The position numbers were made by a program, and so were the translations under genes. From the NCBI GenBank assembly GCA_020056715.1, contig JAGVHG010000140.1, positions 5,039 to 69,038 on the forward strand: a DNA stretch of 64,000 bases, in the 5' to 3' direction. The stretch is from Phycisphaerae bacterium (lineage in GTDB: Bacteria; Planctomycetota; Phycisphaerae; UBA1845). The notes below the pieces were generated by a model that worked only from the letters and a program-made list of their open reading frames with translations, made no database searches and was not told where the DNA came from. The stretch's first letter is position 1. Each line of letters starts with the position of its first letter. This document shows positions 1-13,039 of the stretch, piece by piece.

Positions 1-2
1 AC

Positions 3-1277
3 AACCTGGCCCGGGTCCTCAAGCATGAGTTCGCTCACACCGTTACTCTGGCCGCGACGGACAATCGAATTCCCCACTGGTTTACCGAAGGACTCGCAGT
101 CTATGAAGAGGACGCCCCGCGTCCGTTCGATTGGTCTGAACTGTTGGCTGACGCAGTGCGCCGCGACCGACTGTTCACCCTCGAATCCGTCGACTGGGGA
201 TTTATCCGCCCGCGACGTCCCACGGATCGTCAGATGGCCTATGCTCAAAGCGAATGGATGGTGGAATACATCGTCGAGCGGTTCGGGTATGACATGATCC
301 AAATCATGGTCAATCGTTTCCGTTCCGGAAAAACGCAAAGCGAAGTATTCACCGGAGAATTGGGGGTGGAGCCGGAGAAGTTCGATCGTGCATTTCACGA
401 CTGGGCGCGAGCGGAGGCGGCTAAGTGGAATTGTCATTTTGATTTGAGTCCACCCGAAGACATTAAAGAGCTTCGAGCACAGGCAGCGAAGGAAGACGCC
501 GTTGCGAGCGTCTGGGGGCGACTGGCCCGTGCGGAGTTTGACGAATCGGAGTACGAACGGTCGATGGCCGCCGCACGGCAGGCGTTGGCTCTCGATGAGA
601 ACGAGGTCAACGGGCTTGATATTGTGACCAGTGTTTTGACGCTGCTCTCCCAAAAGGAAAAAAGCGAAGCGGGAAAGCGCGGGTATGAGGATGAGGCGCT
701 GCCACTGTTGGAACGATTCATGCGGGTCGATCCGAACAGTTGGGCGGCTTCGAAACACTTCGCCGAGATCGCTCTGCGACGCAAGGAGTGGGACCGCGCC
801 GTCGAGACGCTCAAGCGCCTTCAACACCTCTGTCCCATGGACCCGGCCAGTTGGGGAGGGTTGGCGGGGATATACCTGGAGAGAGGCGAGGAGGAGCTTG
901 CCCTGCCGCAATTGATCGAACTGGCGCGGATCGAGCAGAACGATCCGTCGATTCCGCAAAAAGTTGCGAGCATCGTCCGGCGACGGGGCGAATTGCGCGA
1001 GGCACAGTATTGGTACCGCCAGGCACTCTCCATTGATCCGTCAAGCGTCGCCCTGCATCAAGCGTTGGGCGATGTGTGCATGCAGACCGGGGATTCCGAG
1101 GCGGCCTTGCGGGAGTACAAGACGCTGACTGAACTGCAACCCACAAACGCCAAACACTTCGAGGCCGCCGCCCTGGCCGCTCACAAACTCGGCGCGACGC
1201 AGGAGGCACAAGCGTTGGCCCGTCAGGCTCTCAAGCTCGACCCCCAATCGCAAGTTCGATCATTGGTCCCTGAGTAA
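3..1277 (+). CDS. Peptidase MA/gluzincin-like domain plus TPR repeat protein (5' truncated by window edge)
   Basis: The frame is open from position 3 and reads NLARVLKHEFAHTVT...PHWFTEGLAVYEE (HExxH plus EG motif) upstream of the listed ORF. The C-terminal half has TPR patterns such as WGGLAGIYLERG and ALHQALGDVCMQTGD. Confidence 0.8.
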   Translation, partial: NLARVLKHEFAHTVTLAATDNRIPHWFTEGLAVYEEDAPRPFDWSELLADAVRRDRLFTLESVDWGFIRPRRPTDRQMAYAQSEWMVEYIVERFGYDMIQIMVNRFRSGKTQSEVFTGELGVEPEKFDRAFHDWARAEAAKWNCHFDLSPPEDIKELRAQAAKEDAVASVWGRLARAEFDESEYERSMAAARQALALDENEVNGLDIVTSVLTLLSQKEKSEAGKRGYEDEALPLLERFMRVDPNSWAASKHFAEIALRRKEWDRAVETLKRLQHLCPMDPASWGGLAGIYLERGEEELALPQLIELARIEQNDPSIPQKVASIVRRRGELREAQYWYRQALSIDPSSVALHQALGDVCMQTGDSEAALREYKTLTELQPTNAKHFEAAALAAHKLGATQEAQALARQALKLDPQSQVRSLVPE

Positions 1278-1299
1278 GAATGACTTGCACTTTGCCAAT

Positions 1300-2358
1300 C
1301 TATGGCTGAGCGAAGAAGGCGCGCCATATCGCCTCGGCGAACAGTTCGTGGGCGCGTTCATTGGGATGGGCATCCACGCGGTTTACAACCAGATCCTCGG
1401 CAGGCAAACCGGCAATGGCCGGATAGAGATCCACCACCGGCGTTTGATTTACCTCGAAGAACTTCCGTAGCAGGGCATGAAGAGTGGTAATATTCAACTT
1501 GTCACCGCTGGTACGAATAAACGGCAGCAAGGCGACGTGCAGCGTCACACCGTTTTCCCGGCAGTGTCCAATGATAGCGTTCAGTTGTTCCTGGTGGCGA
1601 TGCCAAATGCCCTCATCGCCGTATCCTTCGGCCAGCCAGTCGTGATAGTTTCTCACGCTAGGAATGCGGGGAAGATAAATACGGCGATACAAATAGTCCA
1701 TAAGACACGATGAATCCATATTGAAAAACTGCGTGTCGGGAGGCCGTATTGGATTGAAGTCATCCGTCGTCGGTAGAAGTTTTTCGATATCATTGGCCAC
1801 ATAGCAGAGCACAACTTCGTCCACGCCGTACAATGAGATCATGTCCTGAATAGGTTGCAGTTGCGCACCGGTATCCCATCCGGGTTTGGCCACATTCATC
1901 ACTTCCACTGTCCCCGGCGCGCGGACATCAAATAGAGATTGAATGCGATCCGGGAACCGGTCCTCCGTCCGCTCGATGCCCCATCCATAGGTGAATGAAT
2001 CGCCCACAAAGGCAATCCGCCGAACGCCGGGCGGTTTGATCGGCGGCCACTCACGATCACGGCAACCGAGTGAATTCAGGTGCGTATGCAATGCGAACCA
2101 GCGTCGTGCGGGCAATGACACGCCGAACGAATCCGTCTGTACACATGCGAACCGAAGGTAACTCTCGCCCGCCAATGCCGCAAAGCCGATCAGGCAGAGA
2201 AAAACAAGTCCATTGCCAATGCTTAGCCCCAATTTGCGATAGACTTTCCACGGGAACAACTTGAAAAAACAGCATGTGTGCAGGAGAAGGGAAAGGTAAA
2301 GAACCCACCAGAGGATATAGTCAAACAAATATCCGAAAGCGCCGCTGGTGAGCATCAT
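1300..2358 (-). CDS. Membrane-anchored SGNH/GDSL hydrolase
   Basis: Motifs FVGDSFTYG, NVAKPGW, YVAND and DAHPN; N-terminal TM helices. Confidence 0.85.
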   Translation of the reverse strand: MMLTSGAFGYLFDYILWWVLYLSLLLHTCCFFKLFPWKVYRKLGLSIGNGLVFLCLIGFAALAGESYLRFACVQTDSFGVSLPARRWFALHTHLNSLGCRDREWPPIKPPGVRRIAFVGDSFTYGWGIERTEDRFPDRIQSLFDVRAPGTVEVMNVAKPGWDTGAQLQPIQDMISLYGVDEVVLCYVANDIEKLLPTTDDFNPIRPPDTQFFNMDSSCLMDYLYRRIYLPRIPSVRNYHDWLAEGYGDEGIWHRHQEQLNAIIGHCRENGVTLHVALLPFIRTSGDKLNITTLHALLRKFFEVNQTPVVDLYPAIAGLPAEDLVVNRVDAHPNERAHELFAEAIWRAFFAQP

Positions 2359-3239
2359 ACGCGGTCCAGCGATAAATCGATGGCGACTGCGGAATGAGTC
2401 AGGGCGCCGACCGAAATGCGGTCTACGCCGGTCTCCGCAACGGAACGAACAGTCTGTAGGGTAATTCCCCCCGACGCCTCTAAGGCCACTTTACCACGCA
2501 GTCCTAGATCGTCGCGAAGGATGACGGCCTCACGCAGTTGATCGAGGGAGAAGTTGTCCAGAAGAATGGCGTCGATTCCCACCACTTTGAGGAGCTGCTT
2601 GACCTGCTCGATGCCGTCAGCCTCGATTTCGACGAACGTCGGTACCGCATCCCGCATTGGCAACCGGTTTAACATCTCGAATACGTCGTGAGCGAGTCGT
2701 GCTGTTCCTATCCCAGCCAGGTGGTTGTCTTTGATGAGCACGGCGTCATAGAGGCCCATGCGGTGATTGCTTCCTCCGCCGCAGCGCACGGCGTACTTCT
2801 CCAACACTCGCCAACCAGGGGTTGTCTTGCGTGTGTCATAGATTGTCGCATCGGTTCCGGAGACGGCGTCAACGAATGCACGGGTGAGCGTGGCCACACC
2901 GCAGAGCCTTTGAAGAAAGTTGAGCAGGACGCGTTCCGCGGAGAGGACCGTGCCCAGCGGCCCACAAATTGTGGCGAGCTGCGCCGGCACAGAGTCGATC
3001 CGTCGCCCGTCGACGCCCGATGCAGTCCATTCCATGTCCACCGTAGTACTATACGCGGCGAAAACCGCGGCGGCGACTTCGCGACCGGCGAAGACGCCGC
3101 ACTGTTTGGCGATGAGATGGAAGGTCGCGCGTTGTTGCGGATCATCGAGGAGCGAGGATGAGATGTCCCCTGGTCCGAAGTCCTCGTTCTTGGCAAGCTC
3201 GATCAAACGCAAGATATCCTTATCATCGGCGATGCTCAT
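2355..3239 (-). CDS. nadC: Nicotinate-nucleotide pyrophosphorylase (quinolinate phosphoribosyltransferase)
   Basis: Motifs ERVLLNFLQRL, DTRKTTPG, HRMGLYD..LIKDNH, LLDN, EASGGI and ISVGALTHS. Alternative GTG start at 3260. Confidence 0.95.
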   Translation of the reverse strand: MSIADDKDILRLIELAKNEDFGPGDISSSLLDDPQQRATFHLIAKQCGVFAGREVAAAVFAAYSTTVDMEWTASGVDGRRIDSVPAQLATICGPLGTVLSAERVLLNFLQRLCGVATLTRAFVDAVSGTDATIYDTRKTTPGWRVLEKYAVRCGGGSNHRMGLYDAVLIKDNHLAGIGTARLAHDVFEMLNRLPMRDAVPTFVEIEADGIEQVKQLLKVVGIDAILLDNFSLDQLREAVILRDDLGLRGKVALEASGGITLQTVRSVAETGVDRISVGALTHSAVAIDLSLDRV

Positions 3240-3325
3240 TTGCACTATTCTCGAATGCACCTAGTGTAGCGTCAACCATGAATTGATGGGTTGAGTGGCA
3301 TGGCCAAGCGCAGTCACATATGCCG

Positions 3326-3538
3326 TTATAGGTCTGCCGGGGTTAGCCCGGTTCGCTTGGCGATGCGCACGAGCATGCGGGTGCCAATCTCCTCGTTCTC
3401 ATGGAACGCGAATACGAAATTCGGCCACCCGATTCTTTGCAAGGTACGATGTGAGCCGGACTGTCACTTGATTGACCAACCGATGCGGAGCAGCGCCGCC
3501 GGCACTCGCGATGCCCGGGTTGAAGGCCAGTCCGCCAC
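3326..3538 (-). pseudogene. hicA: HicA-family toxin with in-frame stop
   Basis: Hand translation: MADWPSTRASRVPAALLRIGWSIK*QSGSHRTLQRIGWPNFVFAFHENEEIGTRMLVRIAKRTGLTPADL. It has the HicA GSH motif, and TGA falls at codon 25 (3464-3466). Confidence 0.8.
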
Positions 3539-3540
3539 GG

Positions 3541-3748
3541 TTAAGCTGCGACGATTGAAAAGACCGCTTCCACTTGCGGGAGGTCTTCGCCGTGTTCCAG
3601 CCGCTCGGCCGGGACGCGCAACGCCGGCGCCTGGGCGCGCATCACCGCTTCTTCACGCGACGCGCCATACGTTATCACGCCAGGCAACTCCGGGACCTCA
3701 GCGATCCACCGACCGTCGGTCTCCTGTTCGACACTCGACTTTGAACAT
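3541..3748 (-). pseudogene. hicB: HicB-family antitoxin with +1 frameshift
   Basis: MFKVEC, then one extra base, then EQETDGRWIAEVPELPGVITYGASREEAVMRAQ...EHGEDLPQVEAVFSIVAA. Span is 208 nt (3n+1). Confidence 0.8.
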
Positions 3749-3856
3749 GATGCCAGTATAGCTTATTTCCACCCCGGAACCAAGACTCGTATCGCTGGCT
3801 TTACGCGGCTAGAATACATTGCAAGAAAACCGCAAGGAGACTGAGTGTAATCTTCC

Positions 3857-4519
3857 ATGCAACCGACCGTACATGTAAGCGCGGTAGCCGATCCGGCGAT
3901 GCGCGTGATGCGCGTCCGGCAGAACGTCGCTCCCGCCGCCATTGGTGCTGCCTTCCTCCTCTTTTTCGGCTTCTTCCAATTAACTGAACCGACGGGCACT
4001 GATCTCTTCAGCCGTGCCAACTGGGTTTTCTATTACACGCTTCGACTCGGCGGACTGGCGATGGCCGCCGTCGCCGCTTGGTCACTGCTGGGTCAGTCCA
4101 TCACCCTCGCCGTCGACGCCGTGGTGACCGTGGCGATCGGCGCACTGCTCATCCTTACGGGACTGGGTATGGCTGTGGACGGTGGAGCCATGGTCCAGAC
4201 GATCATCAACGTGGTCTGTGGCGGTATGTTCATCTCCTCCGGTGTCCGCAATTGGCGAGATTACCGGTTTATCAGCGCGACCAAAACGTCGAACGATCCC
4301 GCAATACCAACACGCGACCTTAACGCTTTCGATCGACGCCCTCACGCCTCGCCGGACGTTCGTCGAAAGCCTCCTTCTCCCTCTGCAAGAGAGGGTCGGG
4401 ATGATAGTCGGGTGCAACGAAAATCGACCACGCCGATCGCGCCTCCGCCGGAGGGGTTCTTAGCCTCGCTGGCGAAAAAACCGCCGCCGCCGACTGACGA
4501 CGAAGGACCGAGTACGTGA
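3857..4519 (+). CDS. Hypothetical membrane protein (about 4 TM helices, Pro-rich tail)
   Basis: Hydrophobic helices; the stop overlaps the next start (GTGA). Confidence 0.7.
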   Translation: MQPTVHVSAVADPAMRVMRVRQNVAPAAIGAAFLLFFGFFQLTEPTGTDLFSRANWVFYYTLRLGGLAMAAVAAWSLLGQSITLAVDAVVTVAIGALLILTGLGMAVDGGAMVQTIINVVCGGMFISSGVRNWRDYRFISATKTSNDPAIPTRDLNAFDRRPHASPDVRRKPPSPSAREGRDDSRVQRKSTTPIAPPPEGFLASLAKKPPPPTDDEGPST

Positions 4520-5586
4520 GTCGCACCGAGGGTGATCTACCGATCCTCGACCCCGCTCTGGCGCGTTACTCACGGCAGATTCTGTACGAAAAAATCGGGG
4601 TGGAAGGGCAGCAGCGCCTCTCCGCCGCCCGTGTTGTGCTCTTCGGATGCGGCGCCCTCGGCACGGTCCTTGCCAATACGCTCGTTCGTGCGGGCGTGGG
4701 GACTATGCGAATTTGCGATCGCGACTTCATCGAACGCGATAACCTCCAACGCCAGGTGCTCTTCGACGAGAACGACATCGCCGCCGGTCTCCCCAAGGCG
4801 GAGGCCGCCGCCGCGAAGCTCCGCCGCATCAACTCCGCCGTGACCATCGAGCCGTTCGTCATCGACGTCAACCCCACCAACATCGAACGCCTCGCCGACG
4901 GCGCCGAACTTTTGCTCGACGGCACCGACAACTTCGAGACCCGGTTTCTCATCAACGATCTCGCGGTCAAGACGCGGCGACCGTGGATTTACGGCGCGGT
5001 CATCGGCGCTACCGGCCTGTGCATGACCATCATCCCCCACGACACTCCCTGTATTCGTTGCGTGTTCGAGGACGCTCCTCCGCCGGAGATGAATCCCACC
5101 TGCGACACGGCGGGCGTACTCGGATCAGCCGTAAACCTAGTTGCCAGTCTCCAGGCGATCGAAGCCATTAAACTGCTCCTTGGACGAGAGGATGAAATCA
5201 ACCGACATCTCGTACACATCGACGCTTGGTCGGGCCGGTTGGTGAATATGAAGGTGCAGTCGGCCTACGACACGGGTAATTGCCCGTGCTGCAAGCGTGG
5301 CGAGTTTCAATATCTTGAGGGGAAGTTCGCCGGCACTACGACGACCCTCTGTGGCCGCGACGCCGTTCAGGTCATTCCCGGCGGCGCGACCCAGATCGAC
5401 TTCGCCGTCATCGCCAAGAAGCTCCAACCCATCGCCGCCCGCCTCGTATCCCACAACCGCTTCATGCTCAAGGCCGCCGTGGACGGTTACGAATTGACTC
5501 TTTTCCCCGACGGCCGCGCCATCATCAAAGGCACCCACGACCCCGACAAGGCTCGAACGCTGTACGCCAAGTATTTCGGGGCCTAG
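4516..5586 (+). CDS. moeB: ThiF/MoeB-family adenylyltransferase
   Basis: Motifs RYSRQ, GCGALG, DRD..E..NLQRQ, DGTDNF, PCIRC, PTCDTAGV and CPCC. Confidence 0.9.
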   Translation: MSRTEGDLPILDPALARYSRQILYEKIGVEGQQRLSAARVVLFGCGALGTVLANTLVRAGVGTMRICDRDFIERDNLQRQVLFDENDIAAGLPKAEAAAAKLRRINSAVTIEPFVIDVNPTNIERLADGAELLLDGTDNFETRFLINDLAVKTRRPWIYGAVIGATGLCMTIIPHDTPCIRCVFEDAPPPEMNPTCDTAGVLGSAVNLVASLQAIEAIKLLLGREDEINRHLVHIDAWSGRLVNMKVQSAYDTGNCPCCKRGEFQYLEGKFAGTTTTLCGRDAVQVIPGGATQIDFAVIAKKLQPIAARLVSHNRFMLKAAVDGYELTLFPDGRAIIKGTHDPDKARTLYAKYFGA

Positions 5587-5589
5587 TCC

Positions 5590-5652
5590 GTAGGGTCCGC
5601 TCCGCGGACCACCTTGGGTGCCCCCAGTAGTAGACATCCTCCGGACCCGACA
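5590..5652. repeat. GTAG-type REP palindrome with degenerate inverted partner
   Basis: GTAG followed by GGTCCGC-TCC-GCGGACC, with a partial inverted copy CCGGACCCGAC near 5641. Confidence 0.55.
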
Positions 5653-6037
5653 TCCGATTTCGACTTATCCATTCGACAATCGCCAATCGACAATTCCCCG
5701 CCCCACTGCCTTCGCCCTTCCGTATTCAGCATTCACCATCCCGCGTGATCGCTCGATCACGCGGTCTCCACCGATCACCCCTCAAGTTATATGGGTGTTG
5801 ATGAAAGCCGCGCTCGCTCTGCGCGCAGTTGTCGGGGATCGGGATTGGGGAATTGGGTTTCGGTGTTGCGACGTTTCTGCGTTTCCCTACGTCACTTCGC
5901 GCCTTTTTCATAGGTGCCACGATGTGACACTCGAAAAAAACTGTACTCGCAGAACGAACCCATTTGAAACCGGTACATGAAAAAGGGAAGTACAAATGTC
6001 AATGCGAAAAACGCTACTGGTCGCAGCTCGAATTGTG

Positions 6038-7895
<1,858 letters not shown>

Positions 7896-8044
7896 TCAGT
7901 ATCGGCCAGAGGTCGAAGATACCTCTACCGAACGACGGGCACGGACTGTAGTGGGATCGCCACCGGCGTCAACGATAGGGCGAGCGGTTCGGTTCGCGCT
8001 TGGAAGGACCAGCGCGGCAAGTGATCCCACGAATACTACAACGG

Positions 8045-10498
8045 CTACCTCACCGTGATCGGGTGATTGACGCCGTCAAACGAGACCGTGCCCGATACGC
8101 CCCTCAACCGTGGGCCGCCGCGCATCGTTCGGGTCTTCCCGCCTGGTTCCACCGCCGGACGGACCTGGAACGTCACTGTCCGGGCGGAGTCGTCGAAGAA
8201 CGGGCCCCACTTGATTTTGCGGTGGACGTTGTCCCATGCCCCGTCGTCACTGATCGTCGTCACTACCCAACCTGCGGGGAGTTGAACTTCGAACGCCACC
8301 GCCGAAGTGCCGATCGGCGGCTCGACCGTCACAGGGATGTTCCACGTACGTACGGATATTTTATGAAGCACAGTGATCGTGGAGGGGACTTCGATCGGAA
8401 TGATGGAGTCGTCCGCCGCCGCGCCGCCATTGCTTGCCGGGCAGCATCCCGACTCCGGCGCCGGACAAGAGGTCGGCGACCATTTCTGTTGCCCGTCGTC
8501 CCAGCAATAGCACTCGCCGCTCCGCCAGACATAGGCCGCACGAGTCATGCCGGACAGATCGTCGTTGCAGCCGCGAATCCAGGAGCAGGCGTAGCCGATC
8601 ACTTCACACAGGGTAACCCGGCCGTCGTCGCACGTTCCCCCGCCGCAACTATCGCAGCCGCCGACCGGACAGCCGCTACACGCCTCTTGCGGAAGGTCGG
8701 CGGGCATCTTCGAGCAGCAATGCTCATTGACGCACTCCTCACCGCAAATAGGTTGATTGTTCCCGTCGACGGAGACGGAGCCGTAGAAGCACCGTGTGAC
8801 GGAGTCAGCGGGGATGGGAATAATCTCGTAGCTGACTTCCGGGGGGAAAGGCGCAAAGAGCGGGCCCCACTTGACCTTGCCGTTCACCGGATCATAAGCC
8901 CCTCCGTGGCTGATGTTGTTGGTCACGATCCAACCGGGCGGCGGCAAATCCTCGACGCCGAGCGCCGTCGTGCTGTTGGGCGGGGTCAACACGATGCGAA
9001 CCATCTTCGGGTCACCGGGACAGAAAGAAAGATTGGGATCGGACAAGTCGCGGGACGCGGCACACGCGGCGGACACACATTCTCCGTGATGGTCGATGGA
9101 GACACCGGCTCTGTCCGCTTCGCACTCGTTGCCGTAGGTCACCCCGTCGCAGCCGCAGACGGGATCCCAGAGCGTGATGCAGGCGTCGGGGATCGGCGCG
9201 CACATCCCTTGGTTGTCGACGATGTCGCACGTGCCGATGGGGAACTTGCAGAACTTCCCTTGCGGGCACGCAATGCCTGCGATACCGCCACAGACTTCAG
9301 AACACTCGCCTCGATAAGCGATGGTCACGCCGACTCGGTCGGCCTCACATTCGTTGCCATAAGTAACTCCATCGCAGCCGCAGACTGGGTCCCACACGTC
9401 GGGGCAGCCCGTGGGAATCGAGGCACATACGCCCATGAAGTCGCAGCAGCACGCCCCGTCGGGCAGCTTGCAGAAAAAGCCATCGGGACAGGGCAGGCCG
9501 CCGATGCCCCCGCAGATCGCGTTGCCGATGACCGGCTGGCCCAACACGTGCAGTATCGTGTCGTCACACGCCCCAGGGTTCATCCCATGCATGGACGCGA
9601 AGATATCAATCACCGGGAATTGCCCGCCGCCCATGACGAACCCGCTATCGAAATGGGTCGGCCCCGTATTGCTGAGCCAAAGCTCGAGGCTCAGTTGATG
9701 TTGGACGGCGACTTCGCCGCCCACCCGGTAACGCCCGAATCCGCGGATGGAGATACCGTTGATCGGTCCGGTCGACGGGACCTGCCAGTTGAGGTTCACC
9801 ACGGCGAAGTCGCGGAAAAGGCCGTTGTCGGACAGCGGCACGAGGGCGAAATCCCCGACCATCGGTACCGGACCGAAACAAAGGCAATCGCACGGACTGA
9901 GCGGGGAGCAGCAACCCATCTCGTAGGTTGCACCCGGGCCCAGCATGTACGGCGTAATCGCGCTATCCGGAACACGAACGGCGTCAATCGCGACGACGCG
10001 ATCAAAGCACCACATGCCGTTGATGGAGACGGTGACGTTAATGCGGGACATGTCCCCGATCAGGACCCAGCCGCTGTCGAAGTGCTCGACGGCGTTGGCG
10101 CCGACTTGCAGATCAAGTTCCATGCGCTGTTGCAACAGTGGAATAATGCCTGGGCTGCCGATGCTGTACTTGCCCCCGCCAATGATCCTAAGCTGAGGGT
10201 CGAAGAAGGGCACCGTTAAATTGACGTCCTGAACGGCGTAGGTCTCAATCCCATCGCTCGGTCCCGTGTAGACGAGCTTGAACGTGCCGCTGATTGGTTG
10301 CTCGTTCAAGATCGGGCACATGCAAGGCGGGAAGCAGCCCTCCTGATAAGTCGCCGCCGGGGTCATCATGTAGATCGCCCCGCTGCCCGCGCCGAGTGGA
10401 TCTGCCGCGGAGACCGCAGGGAAGACCAGAGTCCAGAGAGCGACCGATGCGAACGCTGAGATAGCGGGACGATTGATTCTTGCGGCTTGAACGACCAT
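8045..10498 (-). CDS. Secreted Cys-rich multidomain protein with two Kazal-type protease-inhibitor domains
   Basis: GGAGG RBS before the ATG at 10498 and a signal peptide. Two copies of C..WDPVCGCDGVTYGNECEA..G......GEC; duplicated N-terminal and C-terminal beta domains. Confidence 0.8.
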   Translation of the reverse strand: MVVQAARINRPAISAFASVALWTLVFPAVSAADPLGAGSGAIYMMTPAATYQEGCFPPCMCPILNEQPISGTFKLVYTGPSDGIETYAVQDVNLTVPFFDPQLRIIGGGKYSIGSPGIIPLLQQRMELDLQVGANAVEHFDSGWVLIGDMSRINVTVSINGMWCFDRVVAIDAVRVPDSAITPYMLGPGATYEMGCCSPLSPCDCLCFGPVPMVGDFALVPLSDNGLFRDFAVVNLNWQVPSTGPINGISIRGFGRYRVGGEVAVQHQLSLELWLSNTGPTHFDSGFVMGGGQFPVIDIFASMHGMNPGACDDTILHVLGQPVIGNAICGGIGGLPCPDGFFCKLPDGACCCDFMGVCASIPTGCPDVWDPVCGCDGVTYGNECEADRVGVTIAYRGECSEVCGGIAGIACPQGKFCKFPIGTCDIVDNQGMCAPIPDACITLWDPVCGCDGVTYGNECEADRAGVSIDHHGECVSAACAASRDLSDPNLSFCPGDPKMVRIVLTPPNSTTALGVEDLPPPGWIVTNNISHGGAYDPVNGKVKWGPLFAPFPPEVSYEIIPIPADSVTRCFYGSVSVDGNNQPICGEECVNEHCCSKMPADLPQEACSGCPVGGCDSCGGGTCDDGRVTLCEVIGYACSWIRGCNDDLSGMTRAAYVWRSGECYCWDDGQQKWSPTSCPAPESGCCPASNGGAAADDSIIPIEVPSTITVLHKISVRTWNIPVTVEPPIGTSAVAFEVQLPAGWVVTTISDDGAWDNVHRKIKWGPFFDDSARTVTFQVRPAVEPGGKTRTMRGGPRLRGVSGTVSFDGVNHPITVR

Positions 10499-10724
10499 AG
10501 CTTGACCTCCGTAAGCGGACACTCCCATCCCCTCCGGCATGCCAAGAACGATAATTGGCAGGTTAGCACGGCGACCCGATATTGTCAAGGTGTTTTTACC
10601 GAAGGCCCACCTTTTTTAGCGTGTTCCGGGATATACAGCGGGGCTTTGCATTGGTGGGGCGGGCGGATATCATTCGGGGGTCAGGAGCCAACCGAAAGGA
10701 ACGGAAAATGGAGGACAACCAGCC

Positions 10725-11777
<1,053 letters not shown>

Positions 11778-11855
11778 GATGTCAGTTCAAGCGCTGTCGA
11801 TAGTATTGTTGCCTGTTCGGGCGTAGAATGAAGCAGCGTTCTGCGGGTGTGAACC

Positions 11856-12326
11856 ATGCCAGCCAGTGTCTTCATCGAAACCAGCATTCCGAGCGCTTAT
11901 GTGAGCACGCGGCAGGACGCCAGCAGTGTCCACCGCCGCGAAGCGACCAGGCAATGGTGGAGCGAGCAACTTCTTCTGTACGAAGCCTGGTCATCCGACG
12001 GTGTCGTGTTGGAGCTGGGCAAAGGGGATTGGCCAGGGAAGTCTGAAGCAATCGCCCTCCTTGGCGGGCTGCCGCGGCTGGCGATTAACGATGAGATCAT
12101 TGGCGTAGCGCGCCGGTACATCGAGGAACAGTTGGTACCTGACGATGTCAGGGGAGACGCGTTGCACCTAGCTGCGGCGAGTGTAAATGAGTTCGATTAT
12201 CTGTTAACTTGGAACATTCGGCACCTTGCCAACCCGAACAAAGTGGATCATCTGACGGCGATCAACCGCCGCCTCGGTTTGCTCAGTCCCGTGATTGTGA
12301 CGCCCGAAATGCTCTGGCTGGAATAA
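11856..12326 (+). CDS. PIN-domain toxin (VapC-like)
   Basis: Motifs VFIETSIPS, VVLEL, DALHLAAA, YLLTWNIRHLAN and PVIVTPE. Confidence 0.85.
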   Translation: MPASVFIETSIPSAYVSTRQDASSVHRREATRQWWSEQLLLYEAWSSDGVVLELGKGDWPGKSEAIALLGGLPRLAINDEIIGVARRYIEEQLVPDDVRGDALHLAAASVNEFDYLLTWNIRHLANPNKVDHLTAINRRLGLLSPVIVTPEMLWLE

Positions 12327-12331
12327 TTCTC

Positions 12332-12520
12332 ATGACCGATAAAAGGAAAAGCTATCCCGATCCCCTGATCGACGAGGTCCGCGAACGGCGCCGTCAACTG
12401 TGGGCAGATTACGGTAACGATCTGGACAAGGTTTACGCAGCTATCCAACGGCTTCAGGCCGAGCATCCGGAAAAGCTGACTGATCCACGGAAGTCGCGGA
12501 AAGCGAATACGAAAAAATAG
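12332..12520 (+). CDS. Small putative antitoxin (DPxxxEVR family)
   Basis: MTDKRKSYPDPLIDEVRERRRQLWADYGNDL, starting 5 nt after the PIN gene. Confidence 0.7.
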   Translation: MTDKRKSYPDPLIDEVRERRRQLWADYGNDLDKVYAAIQRLQAEHPEKLTDPRKSRKANTKK

Positions 12521-12523
12521 AAC

Positions 12524-12636
12524 GGCATGTGGATGGATGGGCCGAATCGTCTTCCAACTTCCCATGGACGACGGCGTCAAGCTGCTCAACACCATTCAGG
12601 ACGTGTACGCGGATAAGACGATTGACGATTGCGTAG
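12524..12636 (+). repeat. Degenerate duplicate of the fbaB 3' end
   Basis: 12573-12623 matches 11715-11765 at 49/51 nt, with weaker similarity on both sides. Confidence 0.9.
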
Positions 12637-12638
12637 AA

Positions 12639-12783
12639 TCCGAGCCGTAGGCGCGAGCCTACGGACAAGCCCGGCAAAGGGGGTCACCAGGCTCGCGCCT
12701 GGTGCTCTGACTCGCCGCTCCGCGATTCCTTGCCGCGATAAATCACCAATGTCACTGGACTTGCGCCCGCCCGGTGCTCTGAC
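12639..12783. repeat. Inverted REP-like doublet with AGGCGCGAGCCT core
   Basis: CCGTAGGCGCGAGCCTACGG and CACCAGGCTCGCGCCTGGTGCTCTGA in opposite orientations; a third GGTGCTCTGACT lies near 12773. Confidence 0.55.
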
Positions 12784-13039
12784 TCCTTCCCGACCGATCA
12801 CCCGTCGCGTTATTGGGTTGGCGGGACAACAGGATGGGCTGTCCACCGGAATAGTTGCCGTTTGGGGTCAAACCCGCCTATACTGTTCCCGGCCCCACGG
12901 GAGCGGAACGCCCTCCACTGCTCAAGAGCAGTGGCACACGAGCCGGACAACGGAGACCTGACGTATTAACGCCATCGCCGAACCTCAATCCGACGCTGCT
13001 CGACTGGGAAACTCACAGCCCCGGAGATCGCCGCACCCG

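Noticed and set aside
3464-3466. TGA in hicA as selenocysteine or stop-codon recoding
   Set aside because: The position normally holds Arg (CGA), TGA is used as a normal stop throughout the window, and the partner gene is also broken.
3291-3761. 156-aa plus-strand ORF
   Set aside because: Better explained by the hicB/hicA pseudogenes on the minus strand.
4516-5586. ThiF protein as part of a ubiquitin-like defence or RiPP system
   Set aside because: It looks like an ordinary MoeB/ThiF, with no E2, JAB, Ubl or precursor peptide adjacent.
8000-10219. 739-aa plus-strand ORF
   Set aside because: Antisense shadow of the Kazal protein; Arg/Ala-rich with no recognisable domain.
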